The notes: generated by a model from the sequence alone, not told the origin. Positions 11,836-23,962 are shown, numbered from the stretch's first letter. The stretch: 64,000 bases of DNA from Octopus vulgaris (GCA_951406725.2 OX597837.1:21824001-21888000), one strand, 5' to 3'. Made by a program: numbers and translations.

Positions 11836-12142
11836 CCGTGGCACGTAAAAAGCACCATCCAATCGTGGCCGTTACCAGCCTCGCCTGGTCTCCGTGCCGG
11901 TGGCACGTAAAAAGCACCATCCGACATGGCCGTTTGCCAGCCTCGTCTGGCACCTGTGCCGGTGGCACGTAAAAAGCACCCACTACACTCACGGAGTGGT
12001 TGGCATTAGGAAGGGCATCCAGCTGTAGAAACATTGCCAGATCAGACTGGGCCTGGTGCAGCCTTCTGGCTTTCCAGACCCCAGTTGAACTGTCCAACCC
12101 ATGCTAGCATGGAAAGCAGACATTAAACGATGATGATGATGA
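11836..12142 (+). mobile_element. RTE LINE 3' UTR fragment with 3 pseudoknot-like units
   Basis: gtggcacgtaaaaagcacc x3, then ggaagggcatccagctgtagaaac and a (gat)n tail. Confidence 0.9.
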
Positions 12143-12823
12143 GTTCCTAATATTTAATTATAAAAATATAATCTTTGAAATATCAAAAAGGTCCATCCAA
12201 GTGAACCAAGAATCAAGGGGATCCTGAGGTAAAACTGGTTGAGAATCTCTGTCCTAGATGGATGATGCTTGAAAAAAATTAAGAAAAAGAAAAAACAAGA
12301 CAGTCCTAGCTGGAATATCTTTGATCACAGTTCTGTTTAATCAGTTAAATATTTATTCATTCATTCATTCGTTTTCACTAATTTTTTTTCGATGCTGGCA
12401 TCGTTTGAATGAATATATTACATGAGGCATTGTTTCACAGCTGTGTGCTCTTTCTGATGCTAACACTTACTTGATTTTTCAAGTGAGAGATCACTTATTC
12501 CACATAGCTTCAAAGGCATGAACTGCCTAGATGATTTGTTGATAGGAGAAACAAAACACAACCTAGTATATACACACATAAACACACACACATATATATA
12601 TTATTAATACAATATATATTATTCATATATATTTTAATGTATTTTGTATATAATTTTGCATATACATATTCATACACACACACACATATATAGAATACAA
12701 TGAGCTTGCCATGATGAGGGTAAAAATCAAACAAAATAACTCATTATTTATATATGTATATATATTATGAACATATATGTTATTTATATATATTTTTATG
12801 TATTTTATATGTATATAAATTTT

Positions 12824-12873
<50 letters not shown>

Positions 12874-13190
12874 GTATAGAGAGAGAGAGAGAGTACAGTT
12901 AACTTGCCAAAAAAGGATTGTTTTCTGCTTAGCACATTACATAAATTATTGACACACAGACACACACAGTCATATATATTTTATATATAAATTTTACACA
13001 CGTATTGAGTACAGTGAATTTGCCATGAGGAGTGGGAAAATCCAACAATAAAAAAACTGTCTGCACATACATTATATATATTATTAACACACACACACAT
13101 ATATTACTCATATATTTTTGTGTATTTTATGAATATTATTTATATATATTTTTATGTATGTTATATATATAAATTTTACATATATACAGA

Positions 13191-13351
13191 TACATATGTT
13201 TCATAGCTAGTAGAACCTCAGAAGTAGTAATTGCCAAAATGAGGAGTAATCCGTTAGCTATTCATCGGTCCAAAGATACCTTAATCAAATGAAGTTTAGA
13301 TTGTCGACAAGGGATTTCTTCTGAGGTTCTGCTAGTTATGAAACATATGTA
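13191..13351. repeat. Inverted repeat with 34-bp arms (PLE-terminus-like)
   Basis: tacatatgtttcatagctagtagaacctcagaag / cttctgaggttctgctagttatgaaacatatgta. Confidence 0.85.
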
Positions 13352-13379
13352 GCCTGGATTTCATCTACTCCCTATACAT

Positions 13380-13418
<39 letters not shown>

Positions 13419-13419
13419 A

Positions 13420-13696
13420 CAGTGAATTTGCCATGAGGAGTGGAAAAAAATCCAACTTTTCAGACAGAATCTTGCTCCATGAAAAAGTTGGTGAGAAATG
13501 GATGAGAGACAGCAAAATTTTACATCTAAGATTAAAAAAAAAAACCCAAGACAAACAAAAAACAAAAGCAAAAAAACTGGTGGCAATTTAGAGGATATAA
13601 AGTTCTGCTGTCTCTCATTCATTTCTCTCCTTTCAACTTTTCCCAGAAGAACTCTCTCCAAAACATCAGTTTCCGCTCCCCACAGCAAGTTCACTG
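13420..13696. mobile_element. Tc1/mariner/pogo-type MITE
   Basis: TA|cagtgaatttgccatgaggagtggaaa ... tttccgctccccacagcaagttcactg|TA with additional sub-terminal inverted similarity. Confidence 0.75.
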
Positions 13697-14095
13697 TACT
13701 TTTTCTATCAGCTTTACTATATAATAAAAGCCTTACCAATGTAGATTAAAAGTAGACTCTTTAGAGTCTTATCACACACACATACACACACACACACACA
13801 CGTATATGGCAGCAAGAATAAGAATGGAGAAATTCTTCTAAACGATATTTGAATTTACTTGGCATGCAGACATGAAGAATTACCTTGGATGTTAATTCTA
13901 CTTGCATTTATTAGTATCTAATTGTTTGATATAGTCAACCAAATTCATTTAATACTGAGTGCTTTTATAAATATCTGCCTGGATTGATTAAACCTTTTTA
14001 CTTCTTATGTGTATGTATGTATATATATATACACACGCACACAAGTGAGTGGACAAATGAAAGGAAAGGAACCGAATCAAACTGTTTTAAGCAAT

Positions 14096-14127
<32 letters not shown>

Positions 14128-14128
<1 letters not shown>

Positions 14129-14316
14129 GTTGAAATTTACAGAAAAACAAAAGACAAAGACAAGTGTATAACCAACAAGCAGGTGTATTAGTGTGATGCT
14201 TGGGAAGGTGAGAAAATCTTTTATGTTTTGAGCCTACACTCTTTAACAGAAAGGAGCACAAGGAAATAAACAGAGAAAATTAAAAACTTTTGGAGTTAGC
14301 AGTCAATCATGGCGAC
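14128..14316 (-). mobile_element. Solo PLE terminal repeat with degenerate hammerhead-like motif
   Basis: Close match to 1842-2030; flanked by (CA)n/(TA)n. Confidence 0.85.
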
Positions 14317-14368
<52 letters not shown>

Positions 14369-14554
14369 TCTGTAAATTAATATGTTACCATTATTCAATA
14401 GCCAAGATAAAACTCTGAGTTTTGGATGCCGAAGTGGAAATCCACAACACCATCCCTTCGGTTATCTGGCCATCTATTTACATAATATTGAGGTCTCTTT
14501 CTTTCTTTTGTTATCTTACTGTTTTTACCAAAATATATATATATATATATATAT

Positions 14555-14893
14555 GCTGAGACCCCCTTCAGTCATGACTGACCATGGGATTGCACGTAGA
14601 AAGTTATCCTCTCAGGCACAAGTCCGAGCAAGGTTGTTTATGGAAGACCAGCAGTCACCCATGCATACCAGCCTCCCCTCTCTATGCCACCAGTGTTATC
14701 CAAGGGAAAGGCAAAAGCTGATACAGTTTGGCATCTGTAACATCACAACTCATTTCTACAGCTGAGTGAACTGGAGCAATGTGAAATAAAGTGTCTTGCT
14801 CAAGAACACAACACGCAGCCCGGTCTGAGATTTGAACTCATAACCTTGCGATCCTAAGCTTGACACTCTAAGCACTGAGCCATGCACCTTCAC
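14555..14893 (-). mobile_element. tRNA-derived SINE group C (tail 1)
   Basis: Minus strand tgaaggtgcatggctcagtg...gagttcaaatc...gtgttcttgagcaagacactttatttcac; same family as 31170, 39268, 56716. Confidence 0.9.
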
Positions 14894-14905
14894 ATATATA
14901 AATAT

Positions 14906-15293
14906 CATAGGTGTGAAGTCCATGGAAGCAAGGGAAGCAATGCTTCCCTTAAAAAATTATAGAAACAAAATCGAAACTATATTATTTTTCATAAGATTGT
15001 TCTTCTAATGTTCTGTAAAATTAATATAAACAACATGACATCATAGGCTTCAGACTTTTATTGTCAGAATTAGCATGAGATGACAAAAAGTGGCAGATGA
15101 CACAAAAAAAATCTGTGCAAAGGAAGCAACATGAGCTGTTGCATCCCTTTCAGTGTAATATTTTAACATTTTTTTTCGGTGAAAATGCCACAAAGACAAT
15201 TTTTATCTTGTAAGAACTGCTAACGAATAGTTTTAGATGCTAATAAATACTTATACACTTAAATTAAGTTTCTGTCAATTCGCAGTACCTATG
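14906..15293. mobile_element. Possible hAT-type MITE
   Basis: Termini cataggt...acctatg; 8-bp flanks ataaatat/acatatat (6/8 match). Confidence 0.5.
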
Positions 15294-15639
15294 ACATATA
15301 TAATCATACATTGTTATATAAAGAGGCCTTTACATCGGACATCCAATGAGCAATCCACTACATTAATCATTGACCTGCCAAAATAAGCAATGGAAATTTC
15401 TTTTAAATCAACCGTTTAAAAATTAATAACAAAAAACATATAGGACAATGGAGTCCTATTTACACTCATCATCATCATCATCATTTAATGTCCATGTCCT
15501 TGCTGGGATGGGTTGGACTGATGAGAAAAATATGGGCTGATTATGGCTGGACCTTATGATTTGATAGGCTTGGGTGACAGGCCTGTTGAATCAGAGTTGA
15601 CTTAGGATTATAGAACAACCCCTTTAATACTGGTTCTGC

Positions 15640-16030
15640 ATCTAGCACAAGGCCAGTAATTTCAAGGGATTGGGTAAGTCGATTAAATTGATCCCAGTCA
15701 TCAACTGGTACTTGACATTATTGACATTGAAAGGGTGAAAGGCAAAGCCAACCTCAGTGGAATTTGAACTCAGAATGTGAAGATGGATGCAATGCTGTTC
15801 TGTATTCTGTACAGTGTGCAAACAACTCTGCCAGCTCGCTGCCTTATTAATAACAGTAATGGTCTCACATTGACCCCCAGCACTCAACTGGTACTTATTT
15901 TATTGACACCAAAATAATGAAAGGAAAAGTCAACCTCGATGGAATTTGAACTCAGAACATATATACACAGATGAAATGCCACTAAGCATTTTGCCTGCTG
16001 TGCTAATGATTCTACCAGCTTGTTGCCTTA
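15640..16030 (-). mobile_element. Two tandem SINE group B copies
   Basis: gaa.gg.tgaaagg.aaag.caacctc..tggaatttgaactcagaa occurs twice. Confidence 0.8.
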
Positions 16031-16227
16031 TTTGGAGTTAGCATTAAAGAGATGTTGTAAGGTGATGAGCTTATATTTAACTCTAACATTTAAATTAGTC
16101 ATATCAGACCCAAATATTCTACCTGGTCTATGTTCAAACCAGCCACATCAGTCCCTCATAACTATCCTATAATGTCATTCTACAAAATAAACAATTGCAT
16201 CGCCAAAATCCTGAAGCTATCATATAA

Positions 16228-16266
16228 CATTATGTAACAAAATTAAAATTTTTTTGTCATGGCAAC

Positions 16267-16297
<31 letters not shown>

Positions 16298-16826
16298 ACT
16301 TATGTATGTATATAGGGAGAATTCACAAAAAAACAAAAGACAAAGACAGGTGGTGTAGTCTTTAATGTTTCGAGCCTACGCTCTTCCACAGAAAGAAATA
16401 AGACCGTGAGTGCTGTTTCCTATTTGCTTCTATCTAGAAACCAAAGGAAATCACTACTATTCCCTTCAAGCTTTGCTTTTGTGACTTGGACACCAATGTC
16501 TTGAAACTGACCTATTTTCCATTACTTTTCGGACAGATTCAGCACTGAGTTGCTGAAGCAGAAATATCATTATAACAAATATTCTGTTCAGTACCACAGA
16601 CTTGCTTGTCAGTTGAGCATGTCCCTTAGTGGCTGACAATATATACATCTCTGATCATGAGCAGAGGTAGTGGGGGAGCATCATAGTCATGTGTTGAGAA
16701 GGATTCTTTGGGGTTTGAATAAATAACATAAATGAAGGAAATGTTGGCCATTTATCATACTTTTTAGGGATAAGCAAATAGGAAATAACAGTTGCTACCC
16801 AAGGACAAAAATCGTGTTACACAGTG
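16228..16826. mobile_element. Non-autonomous Chapaev3-like (CMC) DNA transposon with nested (TA)n and PLE terminus
   Basis: taa|CATTATGTAAC ... GTTACACAGTG|tta (TWA flanks); inverted relative to the copy at 20940-21588. Confidence 0.7.
16313..16400 (-). mobile_element. Truncated PLE terminal repeat with hammerhead-like motif (CUGUGGA)
   Basis: Minus strand tctttctgtggaagagcgtaggctcgaaacattaaagac. Confidence 0.75.
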
Positions 16827-17061
16827 TTATACAGGATTAATTCAAAATAATGTGATTAAATAAGCATATACATGTGACAAAGTAATATAAATGCTGAGGG
16901 GTAAAATAAAGGAAGGTGCAAGCAGGACAGTGTTATTAAGAGGGCTATTTTGTAACCACATGGTTTTAGGTTACACTTCACTGACACACACTTTGGGGTA
17001 TCTTTTAACATAGCCTGACCCAACCAATGTCAAGAGAAGGAATTTGATAAATGATATGCAC

Positions 17062-17062
<1 letters not shown>

Positions 17063-17143
<81 letters not shown>
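17063..17143. repeat. (TG)~40 microsatellite
   Basis: Direct reading. Confidence 0.97.
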
Positions 17144-17146
<3 letters not shown>

Positions 17147-17185
17147 AATGCTGATATTCCATTGTGTCACCTGTTAAGTGAAATG

Positions 17186-17731
17186 GGTGAGCGCACGTGG
17201 CTTAGTGGTTAGGGATATTCAGCTCTTGATTGTAATGTCATGGGTTTGATACCTGGCGATGCATTGAGTGCTTCAGCAAGATGTTTTATTTTATGATGCT
17301 CCAGTCAACTCTGCTGGCAAAAATGAGCTGTACCTGTATTTCAAAGGGCCAACCTTGTCACATCCTGTGTTATGCTGAATCTCCCTGAGAACTACATTAA
17401 CCCTTTAGCGTTCAGGTTATTCTATCAAACATAATGCCTATTTATTCCCATTGATTTGAATTAATCATGCATTATCTCATATCTTCAAGATCTTGATGGT
17501 GTAATTACTTCATATAGAATAACATTGCAGGGTAGGTGTGAGAGCCTGGATCTGGTCAGTTTGAATATAAAACAGATTAGCTATTTTGGCCGGATATGGC
17601 CAGTTTAAATACTAAAGGATTAAGGCTTACACATGTCTGTGAAGTGTTCACAGACATGGTAATTTCACGAGCAGGCTGTTCCGTTGATTGGATCAACTGG
17701 AACAGTTATCATTGTAACCGACGGAGTGTCA
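17186..17731 (+). mobile_element. SINE group C (tail 2) with nested piggyBac-like MITE
   Basis: tRNA-like head gcgcacgtggcttagtggttaggg; tail ...taatttcacgagcaggctgttccgttgat...gtaaccgacggagtg. Confidence 0.85.
17401..17619. mobile_element. piggyBac-like MITE, intact, TTAA TSD
   Basis: ttaa|ccctttagcgtt ... aatactaaagga|ttaa, inserted at the single TTAA of the host SINE. Confidence 0.85.
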
Positions 17732-20074
17732 GCTCAAGTGAAATGGTGTTAATGTTTACAGTCCTTGTTCACATTATGACCAATCATTCTGCACTTTCAA
17801 ATACCTCTGGAACAAAGAAATCGCTTGCTTAGAAAAAAGCAAGTAACGGTTGTTGACAGAAAAAGCATCCAGCTGTAAAATCCTGCCTGAAATAATTCTC
17901 CATCCAAACCCATTGTAGCTTGGAAACAAAATAGATATAAAAAGATGAAAAAAAAAAGCTTTAGTTATGTCATGAATACTACTTAAATAATTAACAAGTT
18001 AGTTATTGTATTAAATCTCCATTATTTAACAAAATTAATCAAAACAAATTGGCAATGTATTTCATTAGAAATGTGCTCATGAAAAGGTTAATACATGGAT
18101 ATTAAAAAGTTAATTAGAGATACTTTTTGCTGCTCATTACATTAAATATGCTAAAACCAACTTAGCTATTATTTTTTAGGTGGATCTCATCTCTGAGTAA
18201 TTAACTTTGTGGATAAATTCACATTATACGCTAATTTTTCATGACTACTCATGTACATCTATTTAGTGAATCTCTCATTACTACTTTTGAGAGTACTGGG
18301 AAGTTTATGCTTTGCAGAAGAGGTTTAATGAAGCTGAAACCTAACCTGAGTTATTTAGAGACTGTAGTTCAAGTAAATTGAGGATTTTTATATTGAGATA
18401 AGACTACTTCAGAAAATTTGGTGGGGGTATCTGTAGGTCATGATTGTAGTTTGAAGACTTGTTTTTTCTTTCTTTCTTTCATTTTTTTTTTGTTAAGATA
18501 AAGATTTCCATTCAGAGAATTTGAAAATTTTTACATTACAGCAAAGACTGAAGTTCAATAAAATTGGAGATATTTATATGAATGTGAAGACTGCAGTTTA
18601 AAAAGTTCATAGGGCTTTAGGGTAAAAAAAGCAATGAATAGAATCTAGATTTTTTCTTTTACTAAGAAATACTGAACTTCAAAGAATTTGGAAGCTTTTT
18701 TTTTTATTAATTAAAAAAAAGATGAATGCTTTAACAACTTTATGTTGCTCTTTCAGTATCGCAATAGTTTTATTTTGGAAAACCCGCTGTGGCAAATATT
18801 TTATCTTTCACATTGCTTAAAGGGGTTTTCATTGCTATCTAATTCAGAAGCAAGATAGTGGACCGAGTGTTAGCATAGCTGGTCTAGAATATTCTTTGGC
18901 GCTAAACAATCTTGCCAAAAGTGACGGTGATTTAGATGCCTAACCCAGCTGGATCAATAAAATAAATACCTGAATCATAATGTAGATAAGTGGTCAAAAC
19001 CGAGCTATATATATACTTATAACTGGCTGCTTTGAGCATGTGGCATCCAGCCAAGTATTTGATTAGCTGCTCCTGTTCCTTTAAATAGTTCTACTCAATG
19101 AAAACTTACAGACATTGGTCTAGCCAACAACAGCAACATATAAGTTACAAATTATCAGTTGTTTGTCGGAATATTAGGCTAATTAAACATTAACTTATTA
19201 ATCAGTAACTAGGTGCAGTATTTATCACCGTTATTGATGCTGGTTATACACAAGGAGATAATTTACAATCAGAAAATGATTAATGCCATAAAACGCAAGA
19301 GAACAACCTATAATAAATGGTCTGCTGTTATTTTTCTCCTTTTTTTCATTTCGGTCAATTCCGATCCAGTAATTCTTGTTTTCGTACCTCATTATCTTCC
19401 AACATAAGGACTTGTGTGCTACAACTCAACAATGCTTCAGTAGTTACCATGCAAACATCATGAATCGCTCCTAACCACATTCGTACGGAATGTTCGTTTT
19501 ACTAAACTTATCTATTCTTGTTACTTTAACTAAGCCATTACAACTCCTGTCAAGATATATATGTCTACCATGCCCCTCCCCACCGACCCGCCACCACCAT
19601 CACCACCACCATTATTGCCATTGCTAACATTTCCACTGCTACCACCACTACTGTCACAACCACTACCATCATTGCTGCTACCTTCATCATTATCACCACT
19701 GCCATCCCTGTTCCCACAACTGGTCAAGTTTCAGGAATCTCAACATGCTGGTGAAATTCTACTTTGACCAATAAGAGAGCAGGAAGGAAGTTGGCTGCAA
19801 CTTGCTTGGTACCTTTCTGATCCATGGTGCTGGCTTTAGCATGCTCAGGGTTGAGGTGTTGCAACTTCAGGTCTTCCTCAGTTCGTTTCACCCTTGCTCA
19901 AGACAATTTGACCAAAAGTTCCCACCACCACCACCACCACCACTGTCACTACCACTGCTACTGTCACCAACACCACTGTTCACAAATTACAATTACTCTA
20001 CTTGCTAGAAATAGTTGCAGATGTATCTCACTTGAATCACCCTTTATTTTTTTTTTTATTATTTACTCATGAGG

Positions 20075-20355
20075 GGAACACCCATGACCCTTTAAAGGGC
20101 CTCTAAGACTGGCGGCATAGGAAGCTGACCCCTAAACAGGTGACCTGGCCCAAACGCTTGCAACAAAATGAACTCTACTAAGGGTACTCAAAGACCAGGT
20201 AACAGAGTTAAACAGGTGATGGACCCTGGTGATGATGTTATTCCATGATTTCTGATCCATGGTGCTGGCTTTAACATGCTTGAAGTCGAGGTGCTGCAAC
20301 TTCAGGTCTTCCTTAATTTGTTTCACCCTTGCTCAAGACAATTTGACCAAAAGTG
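20075..20355 (-). mobile_element. Old LINE (RTE-like) ORF2 C-terminus and 3' UTR remnant
   Basis: Peptide QIKEDLKLQHLDFKHVKASTMDQKSWNNII resembles RTE C-termini; 20251-20354 is duplicated at 19817-19920. Confidence 0.5.
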
Positions 20356-20510
20356 GGAATTGCAGACAGAGTGATAGAGCAATGACAGAAGAAAATCCAG
20401 GATGGCTCAGTGAAGGAAACAAGAGTCTGACAGCAGAAACAATGGCTGGGGTATGAGAGCATTAAGGCATTTCATCTAACACTACAATTTCTGCCACTCT
20501 TCTACCTCAA

Positions 20511-20736
20511 ACCTTTAGCATTTAAACTGGCCATACTAGGCCCAAATATTTTCCCATTTTTATTATCAAACTGACCAGATCCAGCCTCTCACACCTACCC
20601 TACAATGTCATTCTAAAAATAAACAATGAAATCACATCATCGAAATCTTGAAGCTACAAGATAACACATGATTAATTACAAAACAATGTGAATAGATAAG
20701 CATTATATTTGAGAGAGGAATCTGAATGCTAAAAGG
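20511..20736. mobile_element. piggyBac-like MITE
   Basis: acctttagcatttaaactggcc ... ctgaatgctaaaagg|ttaa. Confidence 0.8.
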
Positions 20737-20939
20737 TTAATTAATGCAAATCACCCCATCATTAACATCTAATGATTACAATTTGCACTTGTGTCAGGTG
20801 TTGACAATAGATACACTACATTACCATCACTTGTTCAATCATTGGTGATCTAAGTTTATCCAGAATTGTGGCCCCATTGTACATCATCAGAGTTCTTGAC
20901 CACAGTTCAGTGTCCCAGGGATAAATACCCATATGATTA

Positions 20940-21588
20940 CACTGTGTAACACAATTTTTGCTCTTGGATAGCAACTGTTATTTCCTATTTGCTTACCCCA
21001 AAAAAGCATGAAAAATGGTTAATATTTCCTTCAAGCTCTGCTTTTCTTACATCTATTCAAGCCTCAAAGAATCCCTCTCAACACATGGCTATGATGCTCC
21101 CCCTTTACTCCTGCTCACTGTGTAACATGATTTTTGTCCTTGGGTAGCAACTGTTATTTCCTATTTGCTTACCCCTAGAAAGTATGAAAAATGGCCAACG
21201 TTTCCTCCAGACTTAGTTATTTATTCAAACCCCAAAGAATCCCCCTCAACACATGACTAAGATGCTCCCCTACTATTCCTGCTTATGATCAGAGAATCAC
21301 ACATTGCCAGCCACTAGTGAACATGCTCAAGTGGTAAAGGTCAAGCAAGTGACAAGCAAATCTGTGGTACTGAACAGAATATTTGCTATAATGATATTTC
21401 TGCTTCAGCAACTCAATGCTGAATCTGTTTGAAATGTAATGGAAAATAGGTCAGTTTCAAAACACTAATGCCCAGGTCACAAAAGCAAAGTTTGAAGGGA
21501 AAAGTAGTGATTTCTTTTGATTTCTAGGTAGAAGTTAATAGGAAATAGCATTGACCAAAGATTAAAAAAAAAGTTTTGTTTCACAGTG
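20940..21588. mobile_element. Non-autonomous Chapaev3-like element with one end duplicated
   Basis: tta|CACTGTGTAAC ... TTTCACAGTG|tta (perfect TTA TSD); second CACTGTGTAAC start at 21116. Confidence 0.8.
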
Positions 21589-22384
21589 TTATTTGCTGAG
21601 TAGAAAACTCTGGCTGTTGCAGAAGGTACCAAGCAAGTTGCAGTCAACTTCCTTCCTGCTCTCTTATTGGTCAAAGTAGAATTTCACCAGCATGTTGACA
21701 TTCCTAAAACTTGGTCAGCTGGAATTTTAATAAAGTTTAATAGAAAAAAAAGAGAAAAAGAAATCTTGAATTCATCCATCTGTGTACCTATTTATATCTA
21801 CATATTTATACACATCATGTCAATAAATTTTATTTCTTTTTGCACCAAACTATTTGTCCATATGCCTAGTCCTTTATTAAGCTAAGAAGATAAGGTTAGA
21901 TTAGATAAGTTTAGCAATGAAAATATTTATTTTTAAGAACTGATAAGAACATACATACATATATATATATATATATACATATGACACACATTGATGTGAG
22001 TGCAATATATGTGTGTTTGTGTGTGTGAGAGAGAGTAAACATATTACAGGATGTAATAAATCATATACGAAATTATGCCACCAGACTCACAAGAAAGTGC
22101 ATCTTAGAGTGTAACTGAATTCCAATTAATTAATGTCACTGCTAATATTTTTAGGCTACATTAATCCATAGTCATTATAGTTATATCAATAACCTAACTG
22201 CTATGGTTTCTTTTAAATAGGGACAAGGTTGATATCCTTGTGAGGTGGGAAAGAGAGGGGGCAATTGCTACGTGGCGGAGTCAAAAATTTGCAACAGTTG
22301 TATTAGTTGTCATCTTTGTTTAACCCCAGGACATGACCAAACAGGCCTATGATCAAAGGCATACTATCCACAACAGTCCTATCA

Positions 22385-22540
22385 TTCTTCAAGCCAAACC
22401 AACTGGCAGGAGACCAAAGGGTTTACCAAGAACAAGATGGCAGAATAATATCCATAGTCTTGGTTGGTCATGTCTAAGGGATCCAGCAGGAAAGTGTCTA
22501 ATAATGGTTGCTTCTGATAGGACTCTATAGAGGTGGTATT
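22385..22540 (+). pseudogene. RTE-clade LINE ORF2 C-terminal fragment
   Basis: ILQAKPTGRRPKGLPRTRWQNNIHSLGWSCL...VASDRTL matches the G-R-R-P-x-G-R-P-R-T-R-W RTE motif. Confidence 0.75.
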
Positions 22541-22550
22541 TGAGGTATTT

Positions 22551-22773
22551 AAGGCGGCGAGCTAGCAGAAACGTTAGCACACCGAGCGAAATGCTTAGCG
22601 GTATTTCGTCTGCCGTAACGTTGTGAGTTCAAATTCCGCCAAGGTCGACTTTGCCTTTCCTCCTTTCGGGGTCGATAAATTAAGTACCAGTTATGCACTG
22701 GGGTCGATGTAATCGACTTAATACCTATGTCTGTCCCCTCTGTGTTTAGCCCCTTGTGGGTAATAAAGAAATA
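22551..22773 (+). mobile_element. SINE group B (young), full length
   Basis: Flanking repeat ggtatttgagg at 22535-22545 and 22774-22784. Confidence 0.92.
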
Positions 22774-23301
22774 GGTATTTGAGGACTCTATCTCCATGGT
22801 CCTCCCAGGAATACTAGGTGGAGAAAATGGATATTTTCTAATGTGACCATTTTTGAAGATGATCAGAATGTGATTTGAGAGATTTGGGCTGTGTTATTTT
22901 TTGTATTCTTTATCCAGCAAATTGAGTGCCTAAGTAGCCTTTCTTTAAAGGATAAGTATATCTCAAACTACATCATACAATGAGTTCTTCCATCTTCTGA
23001 GATGGTAGGCTGATTTCATGAATGAGTTGCAGTTGGGCTGAACCCAAGGCCACATGGTTGGGGAACCAGCTTCTTAATACCACAGTCATGCATTCATCTA
23101 TGATTTATGACATAAAAAATAAATAGCAAATTAAAATTATAAATTGTGACTGTGTGGTAAGAAGCTTGATTCACAACCATATGACCATATGGTTCCAGGT
23201 TCAGTCCTACTGCATGACACCCTGGGAAAGAGTTTTCTACTATAGCCTCAAGCTGACCAAAGTCTTGTGAGTGGATTTGGCAGATGGAAACTGAAAGAAG
23301 C

Positions 23302-23341
<40 letters not shown>

Positions 23342-23347
<6 letters not shown>

Positions 23348-23552
23348 CAAAATAAGTAACAAGAATAACTTCGGTAATTTGGTACGATCGTTTCATGCTA
23401 CATCGTGAAATGATCGTACCAAATTACCGAAGTTATTCTTGTTGCTTATTTTAATTATAATCACCCCATGGATTTATATGGATAACACCATACAAAATTC
23501 TGGTGCATCTAACTTAAGTACCATATTCATTTGAATCTAAATTTTGCTGAAC
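23342..23552. repeat. Hairpin (56-bp arms, 6-nt loop) plus unpaired tail, PLE-terminus-like
   Basis: 23342-23397 pairs with 23404-23459; (TA)n on both sides. Confidence 0.9.
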
Positions 23553-23567
23553 TTATATATATATATA

Positions 23568-23962
23568 AGGCGCAGGAGTGGCTGTGTGGTAAGTAGCTTG
23601 CTAACCAACCACATGGTTGCGGGTTCAGTCCCACTGCGTGGCATCTTGGGCAAGTGTCTTCTGCTATAGCCCCGGGCCGACCAATGCCTTGTGAGTGGAT
23701 TTGGTAGACGGAAACTGAAAGAAGCCCGTCGTATATATATATATATATGTATATGTGTGTGTGTTTGTCCCCCTAGCATTGCTTGACAACCGATGCTGGT
23801 GTGTTTACGTCCCCGTCACTTAGCGGTTCGGCAAAAAAGACCGATAGAATAAGTACTGGGCTTACAATGAATAAGTCCCAGGGTCGATTTGCTCGACTAA
23901 AGGCGGTGCTCCAGCATGGCCGCAGTCAAATGACTGAAACAAGTAAAAGAGAGTAAAGAGAG
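23568..23962 (+). mobile_element. SINE group A, full length, young (CpGs retained)
   Basis: aggcgcaggagtggctgtgtggtaagtagc...gggttcagtcccactgcg...aaacaagtaaaagag. Confidence 0.93.

Larger units (their letters stand above)
16081..16904. mobile_element. piggyBac-like MITE split by a Chapaev3-like insertion
   Basis: Left part 16081-16227 and right part 16827-16904 reassemble to the 20511-20736 family. Confidence 0.6.

Noticed and set aside
11894-11980. Pistol or HDV-like ribozyme in the RTE repeat unit
   Set aside because: Hairpin plus GUAAAAA recalls pistol P1, but I cannot build P2/P3 or the HDV nested double pseudoknot; only a simple H-type pseudoknot is supported.
20940-21588. RAG recombination signals or ProtoRAG/Transib element
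   Set aside because: Heptamer-like ends lack a spaced nonamer, and the TSD is 3-bp TTA rather than 5 bp, fitting Chapaev3.
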